Shown here one piece after another: positions 37,149-45,837 of a stretch of DNA of 64,000 nucleotides (position 1 is the first letter of the stretch; every line of letters begins with the position of its first letter). A program made the translations under genes and the position numbers. The stretch is taken from NCBI GenBank assembly GCA_963820315.1, contig CAWFZK010000046.1, positions 6,396 through 70,395 on the forward strand, written 5' to 3'. A model generated the notes under the pieces. That model was given only the letters and a program-made list of their open reading frames with translations. It searched no databases and was not told the origin of the DNA. This DNA is from an uncultured Thermoleophilaceae bacterium. Lineage in GTDB: Bacteria > Actinomycetota > Thermoleophilia > Solirubrobacterales > Thermoleophilaceae.

Positions 37149-37352
37149 GTGCTGTACGCGACGCTGGTCTGCACCGATCCCCGCTGCGGCGAGGAGCTCG
37201 AAGGCTGGGGCGAGGCCGAGGACTTCGAGGCTCTTCTCTGCGTGAGCTGCGGTTGCGAGCTTCAGGCGCTCGCCTTCTGCGAGGTGCGCGGCGGGACCGT
37301 CACCGAGCTGCCGCGCCGCACCCCCCACGTGCAGCTGCGCCACGCGGCCTGA
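37149..37352 (+). CDS. small Cys-rich (zinc-ribbon-like) hypothetical protein (67 aa)
   Basis: GTG at 37149, in frame in ORF 36807-37352. CTDPRC ... CVSCGC cysteine clusters. High GC3. No clear SD. Confidence 0.4.
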   Translation: MLYATLVCTDPRCGEELEGWGEAEDFEALLCVSCGCELQALAFCEVRGGTVTELPRRTPHVQLRHAA

Positions 37353-38134
37353 TCAGGACCCGTCTTCGCGCAGCCGGTCCGAGAAGAACTCGAGCGCCTT
37401 CTTCGTCTTCGTCTGCTGCACCTCGGCCGGCACCATGTCGCGCGCGTGCAGGAAGCTGCGCAGCTGCGACGGCGACGTCGAAGGCCTCCGTGCGGCAGGC
37501 ACTTCGTCGACAGCTCGACGATCCGCGAACCGTCCGGGTAGAGCCAGAGCTCGCCGACGAGCCTGCGCCCGAGGTCCTTGGGCGTGACCCTCGCCTTCAG
37601 CACGAAGATCGGCCCGAGGATGGACAGCTCGTCGAGCTCGATCCCCTCGGGCGCGTGCTCGCTGAAGAACGCGCGCTGCTCCTTCGTGAACAGCGAGCTG
37701 ATCCGGCCCCCGCCGAGCAGCCTCTTCCTCACGATCGGCTTCTCGAGCCGCTGCTTCATCGTGCCGCTGCAGACGAAGCCACCCGGCATCGCGTCGACCT
37801 CGACGCCGAACCCGGGCGACCTGCGCACCTTCTTCGGAAGGTCGCCCGGCACGACCGGGCGCAGCTTGACCACCGAGTCGTCGCCCCTGCCCTGGACCCG
37901 CCGGGCGCGCGCCACGACGCCGCCGGCGTTGAGGGCGAGCTCCGGCGTGTCGAAGAAGAAGACCTGCCGCACCTGCCCCTCGAGCGGATCCATGTCGAGC
38001 GCGACCGCGGCCTCCGAGAGGTTGGTGTCGGGCACGGTGAGCTTGAGCTCGACGCTGTCGGAGTCCTTGATGAGCGCGAGCAGCTCAGTCAGCTGATCGT
38101 TCGTTAGCTGCGGCGCGACGGCGGTGGCGGTGAT
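37353..38134 (-). pseudogene. CYTH-like (triphosphate tunnel) domain protein, C-terminal frameshift near 37460-37500 and no canonical start
   Basis: ORF 37262-38035 carries ...VELKLTVPD...QVFFFDTPEL...RVQGRGDDSVVKLRP. After ELSTKCLP the frame turns Arg-rich. Another frame gives QLRSFLHARDMVPAEVQQTKTKKALEFFSDRLREDGS with a stop at 37353. Family-like N-terminus (LTNDQLTELLALIKDSDSVELKL) extends upstream of GTG 38035. Confidence 0.65.
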
Positions 38135-38229
38135 GGCGAGTCCTCTCTCGTTGGGGCCTCCAACAGCCTAACCAGGCTACGCCGGGGGGCTCGCCGTGGC
38201 GAGCCCCCGTGTGCCGGCTCGCGGCTGCC

Positions 38230-38764
38230 CTAGTAGGGAGAGCTGCTCGACGGAGCGCTCATGGTCGACGACCCCGAGCCTGTGCCGCTGGTGGCTGCGG
38301 TCCACACGAAGTGCGTCCCGTTGAAGTCGTCGGCGACGCCGTTGCCGTCGAGCTGACCGGCGCCCTCCTGGGTGAAGGAGTACAGCGGCATGCCCTTGAA
38401 GGTCAGCTGCTGCCCGCCATCGGGCCGCTTGACCGTGCCGAGGGTGACGTCGAGCTGTGAGGAGGCCGACTTCGCCTGCTTCGCCGTGGCCATCGCGGGC
38501 GCCCAGATCGAAGTGCACGAGCCAGTGCACATGATCTGCCCGCTCTTCTCGACGTCGGAGCGTGTAGAGCGTCTTGCCCTGAGAGTTGGCGAGCACGTCG
38601 GTCCCGTCGACGTTCTTGACCGACACGACTCCCGAGCTCGTGCTCGCGGTCGCGGCGGTAGCAGTGCCGTTGTGGTCGTTGCTGTTGCCGCAGGCGGCCA
38701 GCAGAAGCGCCGCCAGGCCAACCGCAACGAGGGCCGTCAGTGGATTCTTGATCGAGAGTCTCAT
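38230..38764 (-). pseudogene. COG4315-type lipoprotein (Yx[FWY]xxD-motif family), frameshift near 38560
   Basis: ATG at 38764 gives the lipobox MRLSIKNPLTALVAVGLAALLLAAC (frame of ORF 38177-38824). After ...SQGKTLYT the family continues in the frame of ORF 38230-38727 (SDVEKSGQIMCTGSCTSIWAP...GMPLYSFTQE). Confidence 0.7.
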
Positions 38765-38860
38765 GCCCTGAACTACGGGGTGGCAGCTCCGCCCGGATTG
38801 CTCGGGTGAGCGCTGCTGCGCCATGCAATCCCGAAGCTCGGCCCGCGGCGTATAAGGGAT

Positions 38861-39427
38861 GTGGTGTCTTCAGCTCTCTCCGACGAAGCCCTGCTGGCCG
38901 GTCTGGCAGCGGGCGACGCGGACGCCGCGACGGCCTTCATACGGCGCTTCCAGGCGCGGGTCTACGGCCTCGTCGTGACGATCGTCCGGGACGAGGGGAT
39001 CGCCGAGGACGTGGCGCAGGAGACATTCGTGCGCGCCTGGAAGCACGCGCGCACGTACGACCCGCGCCGCGGCCGAGTGGCCACCTGGCTGCTGACGATC
39101 GCCCGCAACCTCGCCATCGACGTGATCCGGGTGAAGTCGGCCCAGCCGCTCGACCCCGACCAGGTTGAGGACAGGCTGCAGCGAGCGCGCGTCGCCGGGA
39201 GCAGCCCCGACCAGGCGGTCCCGCCGGATGAGCGCGAGCGCGTGCGCGGCGCCATCGCCGAACTGCCGCCGGAACAGCGGCGCGCCCTCTTCCTCGCCGC
39301 CTATCTCGGCCGAACCGCCAAGGAGGTCGGCGAGCTCGAGGGCGTCCCGCTGGGAACCGCGAAGACCCGCATCCGAGCCGCGATGCTCAAGCTGCGCGAT
39401 TCACTGGAGACCGCGAATGACGTGTGA
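38861..39427 (+). CDS. ECF (sigma-70 family group IV) RNA polymerase sigma factor
   Basis: 188 aa. Region 2 (VAQETFVRAWKHARTYDPRRGRVATWLLTIARNLAID) and region 4 (LPPEQRRALFLAAYLGRTAKEVGELEGVPLGTAKTRIRAA). Confidence 0.9.
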   Translation: MVSSALSDEALLAGLAAGDADAATAFIRRFQARVYGLVVTIVRDEGIAEDVAQETFVRAWKHARTYDPRRGRVATWLLTIARNLAIDVIRVKSAQPLDPDQVEDRLQRARVAGSSPDQAVPPDERERVRGAIAELPPEQRRALFLAAYLGRTAKEVGELEGVPLGTAKTRIRAAMLKLRDSLETANDV

Positions 39428-40125
39428 CGAGATCCGCGAGCTGGCGCCCGAGATCGCGCTCGGGATCGCCGACGGCGAGGAGCGTGCCGAGGCCCTGCGG
39501 CACCTCTCCACCTGCGCGGAGTGCCGTCGCGCCGTCGAGCGGCTCTCGGGGGTTGCCGACGAGCTGCTTCTGATGGCGCCGGCCGAGGAGCCTCCCGCCG
39601 GCTTCGAGTCACGCGTCGTCAGGGCAATCGGGCTCGACCAGCCGGAGCCGCGCCGCCGCCTGCCGCGCTGGCTGAACCTGCGCTGGCTGGCGCCCCGGCT
39701 CGGCCCCGCGCTGGCGGCCGCGGCGGTCACCGCCGTCGTCCTGGTCTCCTCGTACAGCAACGATCGCCAGATCGCAGATCAGTACCGCGACACCCTCGAC
39801 CGCGCGGGCGGACAGTCCTTCCAGGCCGAGCGCCTGTCCGACGAGACGGGCGCTCGAGCCGGAGTGGCCTTCGGCTACCAGGGCTCGCCCTCGTGGCTGT
39901 TCCTGACCGTCAACCCCGAGCACCGCGGCGACGTCAAGAGCGCGGAGCTTGTGACCAGGGACGGGCGAACGATCACGATCCCGGAGCTCCGTCTGGATCC
40001 GCAGCGGGACCTGGGGCGGGGCGATTCCCGCTGACCTCTACAGCGTGCAATCCGTCCGTCTGCTGGGAAACAGCCCTGGCGACGTTCTGCAGGCGTCGTT
40101 CCCAGCTGGGCCCGAAGCGGACTGA
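39417..40125 (+). pseudogene. zf-HC2 anti-sigma factor, apparent frameshift near 40003 in the extracytoplasmic domain
   Basis: ATG at 39417 (11-nt overlap with the sigma gene). HLSTCAECRR H-x3-C-x2-C motif. TM LGPALAAAAVTAVVLV. The frame stops at 40034, but the +1 frame continues plausibly (GTWGGAIPADLYSVQSVRLLGNSPGDVLQASF) to TGA at 40123-40125. Confidence 0.7.
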
Positions 40126-40166
40126 GAGTGGGACGAGAGGGGGCGGCTAGGCTAGGCCCCCGCTCC

Positions 40167-40255
40167 GGAGAGGTGACCGAGCGGCTTAAGGTGCACGACT
40201 GGAAATCGTGTGGGCGGGTCAAACTGCCTCGTGGGTTCGAATCCCACCCTCTCCG
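40167..40255 (+). tRNA. tRNA-Ser (anticodon GGA), class II with long variable arm
   Basis: Folded by hand. Acceptor GGAGAGG/CCTCTCC plus discriminator G. Anticodon stem CACGA/TCGTG with loop CTGGAAA. Long variable arm. T-arm GTGGG-TTCGAAT-CCCAC. Confidence 0.93.
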
Positions 40256-40301
40256 CTCTGGACAGCCAAAACCCGCGTGGTACGGTCGCGGCTACTCGGG
40301 T

Positions 40302-41210
40302 ATGGACTTTCGGCTCCTGGGCCCACTGGAGGTGGTCGAGCGTGATCGCCCTCTCGAACTCGGCGGGGCCAAGCAGCGCTCGCTCTTGGCGATCCTTCTG
40401 CTCCAGGCGAACGAACTCGTATCGACTGACCGCTTGATCGACCAGCTGTGGGGGGCCGCGCCGCCGGCCACCTGTGCCAAGAGCATCCATAACTACGTCT
40501 CCCGGCTGCGCAAGCAGCTCGGCGACCAGCGGCTCGCTACACAGGCACCCGGCTACGTGCTCCAGGTCGAGCCGTCCGAGCTCGACCTGGCCCGCTTCGA
40601 GCGCCTGGCGGATGAGGCGCGGCGGGGCGACCCGCGCAGGGCCGCGCGCAAGCTTCGGGATGCGCTTGCACTCTGGCGCGGGTCGCCGCTCGCGGACCTG
40701 GCTTACGAGCCGTTCGCACAGCCCGAGATCGCAAGGCTCGAGGAGCTCCGGATGGCCGTGCTGGAGCAGCGCATCGATGCGGACCTGGCCGTCGGGCGTC
40801 ACGCCGAGCTTGTCGGCGAGCTCGAGGCGCTGATCGTGCGCAACCCGCTGCGGGAGCAGCTCCGGTTACAGCTCATGCTCGCCCTCTACCGCTCGGCGCG
40901 CCAGGCCGAGGCGCTCAACGCCTACCGTGCGGCTCGGAGCGAGCTCTCAGAGGAGCTCGGGCTCGAGCCGAGCGAAGAGTTGAAGCGTCTCGAGCAGGCG
41001 ATCCTGCGTCATGACCCGGGGCTCGACCTGGCCGCTGGCGCGTCGCGAGAGGGGCCGCCGCCACCGCGAGCGACCGGTGGCAGAGCGCGCGCTCCTGATC
41101 GTGCCGCGGGCGCTGTCCGGCCTCGACCCGCTGCTTCGCCTCGCCGAGCCGCTGGCGGCCTCGGAGTCCCCGCACGAGCTGATCGTCGCGGGCGTCGTCC
41201 CGGCGGCTGA
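40302..41210 (+). CDS. SARP/AfsR-family regulator (OmpR-type wHTH plus BTAD); tail after ~41040 looks out of frame
   Basis: ATG at 40302 in ORF 40128-41210. FRLLGPLEV...LGGAKQRSLLAILLL, YVSRLRKQLG, then BTAD (ALALWRGSPLADL...LMLALYRSARQAEALNAYR). The last ~55 codons are Arg/Pro/Gly-rich and overlap the next gene. Confidence 0.8.
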   Translation: MDFRLLGPLEVVERDRPLELGGAKQRSLLAILLLQANELVSTDRLIDQLWGAAPPATCAKSIHNYVSRLRKQLGDQRLATQAPGYVLQVEPSELDLARFERLADEARRGDPRRAARKLRDALALWRGSPLADLAYEPFAQPEIARLEELRMAVLEQRIDADLAVGRHAELVGELEALIVRNPLREQLRLQLMLALYRSARQAEALNAYRAARSELSEELGLEPSEELKRLEQAILRHDPGLDLAAGASREGPPPPRATGGRARAPDRAAGAVRPRPAASPRRAAGGLGVPARADRRGRRPGG

Positions 41211-41904
41211 GTTGGCTGCCGCCACCGTGGCCCTGGCCGAGCGCCGCGACCAGCTGCTGGCCGCCGGACTCGCCGCCAGGACCGCGGCGTTCTCCTCGCC
41301 GCGGCGAGGCGAGGACATCGTCCGGCTCGCCGGCCAGGAGAACGTCGACCTGCTCCTCATGGATGCTGGATCGTCGCCGCTGGACGGCGACGCGCGAGTG
41401 GTCCTCGAACAGGCGCCCTGCGACGTGGCCCTGCTTGCGGAGGCCGGCGGCTCGCTGGGTGAGGGGCCCGTGGTGGTGCCCTTCGGCGCCCGGTCGCACG
41501 ACTGGGCGGCGCTCCGGCTCGGCGCTTGGGTTGCCCGCGCCACGGACGTCCCGCTGCGGCTGATCGGCTCGGCCGCCGAGGGCGGCGAGGAGGCACGCGA
41601 TGCGAGCCGGCTGCTCGCCGACGCCTCGCTGATCGTCCAGCGCACCGCGGGCATCGTCGCCGAGCCGCTGCTCGCGAGCCCCGGCCGCCAGGGAGTCGCC
41701 GCACTCGCCGAGGGAGCGGCTCTGCTCGTGGTGGGCCTGTCGGAGCGCTGGCGCGAGGAGGGGCTCGGCCGTGTGCGGGGCGAACTCGCAGTGGCTCCGC
41801 CGGCGCCGACGGTGTTCGTCCGGCGCGGGAGGCGACCGGACGGCCTCGCGCCGGCCGAGACGCGCACGCCTTTCAGCTGGTCGCTGACCGGACACACGCG
41901 CTAG
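41077..41904 (+). CDS. tandem universal-stress-protein-like (USP/adenine nucleotide alpha-hydrolase fold) protein, possibly the C-terminus of a SARP fusion
   Basis: GTG at 41077, in frame in ORF 41011-41904. Two USP-like halves (ERALLIVPRALSGLDPLL...VDLLLMD and PVVVPFGARSHDWAALRLGAW...ALLVVGL). Confidence 0.6.
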   Translation: MAERALLIVPRALSGLDPLLRLAEPLAASESPHELIVAGVVPAAELAAATVALAERRDQLLAAGLAARTAAFSSPRRGEDIVRLAGQENVDLLLMDAGSSPLDGDARVVLEQAPCDVALLAEAGGSLGEGPVVVPFGARSHDWAALRLGAWVARATDVPLRLIGSAAEGGEEARDASRLLADASLIVQRTAGIVAEPLLASPGRQGVAALAEGAALLVVGLSERWREEGLGRVRGELAVAPPAPTVFVRRGRRPDGLAPAETRTPFSWSLTGHTR

Positions 41905-41979
41905 CAGCACGCCGTTTACCAGCGTCTACCCGCGACCACCCCGGGCTGCTACCGGCCGGGCCGAGGCTGATCCTCGAAT

Positions 41980-42000
41980 CCGGCCGCATAGGGCGGCCGG
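41980..42000 (+). terminator. GC hairpin CCGGCCGC-ATAGG-GCGGCCGG between the USP-like gene and the next RBS
   Basis: 8-bp perfect stem read directly. Sits 6 nt upstream of the GAAGGAGG SD of the 42017 gene, so it may be a terminator or a translational element. Confidence 0.3.
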
Positions 42001-42016
42001 CCCTGAAGGAGGCGAC

Positions 42017-42592
42017 ATGCTTCGACGTAGCCACATCCTCACCACCGCGGCCCTCCTGGCTGTCTGCGCCACGCCGGCGTCCGCCGCCACGTACGAGGAC
42101 CTGCACTCGGATGGCGCCGCCAGCGGCGACGTTGCTCCGCCCGCGTCCTCGATCGCGGCCTCGGCCGCCGACGAGTACCAGGACCTGCGCTCGCCCGACA
42201 CTGTCGACGCGGCCGAGCACCGCGGCCTACACGAGGCCGACCGCGGTCAGTATGCGCTGAACCGGGACTACGGCTCGCCCGACGCGGCCGACGCGGCCCG
42301 GGGCCTGCCGTCCGTGCCGGCCGTCACGCATGCCGGGCCCGGCCCCTACACGGACTCGGAGCGCACGCTGGTCGAGTCGGCCGAGGTGCAGGAGATGGTG
42401 CGCCGCGCGATCAGCGAGATACGCGTGACACCCACGGTCGTCGCGGTCGATGAGCCCTCTGGAGGCTTCGACTGGGGCGACGCGGGCATCGGCGCGGCCG
42501 GAATGCTCGCGCTGTTCGGCATCGCCGGCGGATCGGCGCTGATGCTGACCGGGCGCAAGCGCCGCCGGGGCGTCAACGTCGCGACTCACTAA
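42017..42592 (+). CDS. secreted acidic protein with C-terminal TM anchor and basic tail
   Basis: 191 aa, with strong SD GAAGGAGG. Signal peptide ILTTAALLAVCATPASAA. C-terminus GIGAAGMLALFGIAGGSALMLTGRKRRRG. Confidence 0.6.
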   Translation: MLRRSHILTTAALLAVCATPASAATYEDLHSDGAASGDVAPPASSIAASAADEYQDLRSPDTVDAAEHRGLHEADRGQYALNRDYGSPDAADAARGLPSVPAVTHAGPGPYTDSERTLVESAEVQEMVRRAISEIRVTPTVVAVDEPSGGFDWGDAGIGAAGMLALFGIAGGSALMLTGRKRRRGVNVATH

Positions 42593-42616
42593 CCCACGCG
42601 ACCCTGTCTGACGTGC

Positions 42617-42646
42617 GAGGGGCGGCGGCCGATGGCGCCGCCCCTC
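42617..42646 (+). terminator. strong GC hairpin (11-bp stem GAGGGGCGGCG / CGCCGCCCCTC, 8-nt loop)
   Basis: Read directly. Begins 25 nt after the stop at 42592. Confidence 0.55.
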
Positions 42647-42692
42647 TCATGGTACGGTCGGTCATGGACTCGCCCCCCTTGGGGAGCTAAGC

Positions 42693-45600
42693 ATGAAGGC
42701 AGCCATTAGTCCCGGCATGATCTTCGCCGGCTACCGCGTCGAGGAGTTGGTGGGGCGCGGGGGGATGGGTGTCGTGTACCGCGCTAAGGACCTGTCCCTG
42801 GAGCGGCCGGTGGCGCTCAAGCTGGTCGCCCCGGAGCTGGCCGATGACGAGCGCTTCCGGGAGCGCTTCCTGCGCGAGCCGCGGCTGGCGGCGTCGCTCG
42901 ACCACCCGCACGTGATCCCGATCTACGAGGCGGGCGAGCACGACGGCCAGCTCTACCTGGCGATGCGCTTCGTCGAGGGAAGTGATCTGAGAACGATCCT
43001 CGAGCGCGAGGAGAAGCTCTCGCCGGAGCGGACCCTGGCGGTGCTGGCCCAGGTCGCGGACGCGCTCGACGCGGCCCACCGGCGCGCGCTGGTCCATCGC
43101 GACGTCAAGCCGGCCAACGTCCTGCTTGACGAGCACGGGCATGCCTATCTGTCGGACTTCGGCATCACGAAACAGGTGGGTGGGGACTCGACCGACACGG
43201 GCCGCGTCGTCGGCACGCTCGACTACCTGGCGCCCGAGCAGATCCGCGGCGACCCCGTCGACGGGCGGGCCGATGTCTACGCGCTGGGCTGCCTGCTGTA
43301 CGAGTGCCTCGCTGGCGTCCCACCGTTCCGGCGAGAAACCGAGGCGGAGACGCTCTGGGCCCACATGCAGGAGGCGCCGCCGTCGCTGCGCGACCACCGA
43401 GGGCTCGACCCGGTGCTCCGTAAGGCGTTGGCGAAGAACCAGGAGGACCGCTACGGGAGCGGTGCCGAGCTGATCGACGCGGCAGCGGACGCCCTCGGGC
43501 TGGCACGCGCGCCGCGGGCCGCGCGCCGCTCGATCGTGCCCCCGGCCGTTCGCAGGCACGGCCGCGCCATCCTCGCCGGCGGCCTGTTGCTGCTGGCCGC
43601 GACAATCGCGCTGGCCATCGTTGCCCTGACCGGCGGCGAGGACGGGAGGGTCGGGCCGATCGGCAACGGCGTGGCCGCGATCGACCCCGTGGACGGGAGC
43701 GTGACGTCGTTCACGGAGTCGGAGACGCCTCCCGGCAACGTCGCGGTGGGCGAGGGGGGCGTCTGGGTGCTCGACAACGAGGCCAAGACCGTCTCCCGGA
43801 TCGATCCGGACACGAAGGCGGTGACCGAGACCTTCGACACCCCCGGCGTGCCGAGCGAGCTCGCCGTCGGCGAGGGCGCTCTCTGGGTCGGCATCGCAGG
43901 CGGACGCGACGGCACGAACGCAACCGTCAACGTCGCCCGGATGGATCCCGACGACGGCCGAGTCACCGGAACGGCGAGGCTCCGCGGCGACGAGGGGGTC
44001 TACCCGGTCGCGGGGACGCCGCGGCTCGCCGTGGGGTCCGGTGCGGTCTGGGCCGCCAACCCCGACGGCAGCGTGTCCCGCATCGACCCGAAGAGCGGCC
44101 GGCTCGTCGCGACGATCGAGACGAAGCATCAGGCGTGGACGATCGCGGCCGGCGACGCGGGCGTCTGGTTCCTCGGGCCCGACGATCCACCGGGCGTGAC
44201 CGAGATCGACACGCGCAGGAACCGCGTGGGCCGGACGATCCCGGTCGGGGCAACGTCCCTGATGGGGGTGGCCGTCGGCGGCGGCTCGGTCTGGGCAGCG
44301 GCCGACCAAGAAGGGGTCGTCTGGCGGATCATCCCCGAGCGGTCAGCGGTCACGAGGACGATCGATGTCGGCAGGGGAGTCACCTTCGTCACCTTCGGTG
44401 AGGGCGCCGCTCTGGACCGGCAACTACGTCGACGGAACGGTCGCTCGCGTCGATCCCCGCACGAGCAAGGTCACCGCGAAGGTTTCCGTCGGCGCTCCCC
44501 AGGCATTGGCGGCCGGCGCCGGATCGGCCTGGGTGAGCGTCGCGGGTGAGACGACGGAGGGAGCGCTGACCACGACCGCGTGCGGCGAGGTCGCCTCCGG
44601 ACCAGGGACCCCTGACGTCCTGATCGCGTCGGACTTCCCGCTGCAAGGCCCGAGCAGCGCCGACCCGCGTGCGATGGAGGGCGCGATCCGCCACGTGATC
44701 GAGCGGCGTGGCTTCAAGGCGGGCGACCACACCGTCGGGTACCAGTCATGCGACGCGTCCACTCCTCAGACGGGCGGCTTCGAGTTCCGCAAGTGCGCTG
44801 CGAACGCGTCGGCCTACGCACACGCCGAGCAGCTCGTGGCCGTGATCGGGCCGTACTCCTCGTTCTGCGGCCAGGTGCAGATCCCGATCACCAACCGCGC
44901 GCCGGGCGGGCCGCTTGCGATGGTCAGTGCGATTGCCACGCACCCCGGACTGACACGCGGTGGCCCGGTCGTCCGGCGGGCGGGGTGAGCGGGGCGAGCC
45001 CGCGGTCTACTACCCGACCGGGAAGCGGAGCTTCGTCCGGCTGATGGCGCGAGAGGACCTGCAGGGCGTGGCCAACGCCATGCTCGCGAAGGAGCTCGGC
45101 CTGAGACGCGTCTACGTGCTCCAAGACCCGGGCTTGAAGGTCGAGCAGGCCGATCCGTTCCGGCGCACGGCTCGCCGGCTCGGGATCCAGATCGCGGGCG
45201 TCGCGAACTTCACCGACGGCTCCAACCACGATCGCCTGGCCGAGCGGGTGGCGCGCTCCGGTGCGCAAGGCGTGTTCATCGCCGGTCTGGGATCGGAGGG
45301 CGGCGGCCGGGTGGTGATGGCCCTCCGTGATCGCCTCGGAAGCCGGATCAAGATCATGGCGGCCGACCCGTTCCTCCCGATCGCGGAAGTGCTGGCCTTC
45401 GCCGGGCCGGCGGCCCATGGCCTGTACTTCAGCGCCACGGACGTCCCGCCGAGGGCGCAGCCCCCCGCGGGCCGGCGCTTCGCGCGCGACATCGGTGACC
45501 TTCGACGCGCCGGTGTTCGGCGTGCTGCCGGCGGGGCAGACGACTGAGCTGCTTCTTGACGCGATCGCCCGCTCCGACGGGACCCGGGCGTCGGTGCTCG

Positions 45601-45800
45601 AGGAGCTGCGCGGGGCCAAGGTCGAGGACGGCATCCTCGGCGACTTCGGCATCGACCGCTACGGCGACATCACGCCGGCCCGGCTCGCGATCTTCCGCAT
45701 GACCGGCGCGACTCCCCCCGACGCCCCGGTCTTCCCGCAGTTCGAGGGAGCGGTGTTCGACCGGGTCATCGAGGTGCCGGCGACCCTGGCGCGACCATGA
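42693..45800 (+). pseudogene. bifunctional Ser/Thr protein kinase / beta-propeller / type-1 periplasmic binding protein (Leu/Ile/Val-binding-like), three apparent frameshifts
   Basis: ORF 42693-44549 has a Hanks kinase (GRGGMGVVYRA, HRDVKPANVL, DFG, APE), a TM, and ~7 repeats of ...V.RIDP... blades. The protein continues through ORFs 44365-44988, 44960-45547 and 45327-45800, with frame changes near 44408, 44975 and 45495. Confidence 0.8.
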
Positions 45801-45837
45801 AGCCCCGAACCCGCTCGATGCCGTCGGTGGCCGGTAC

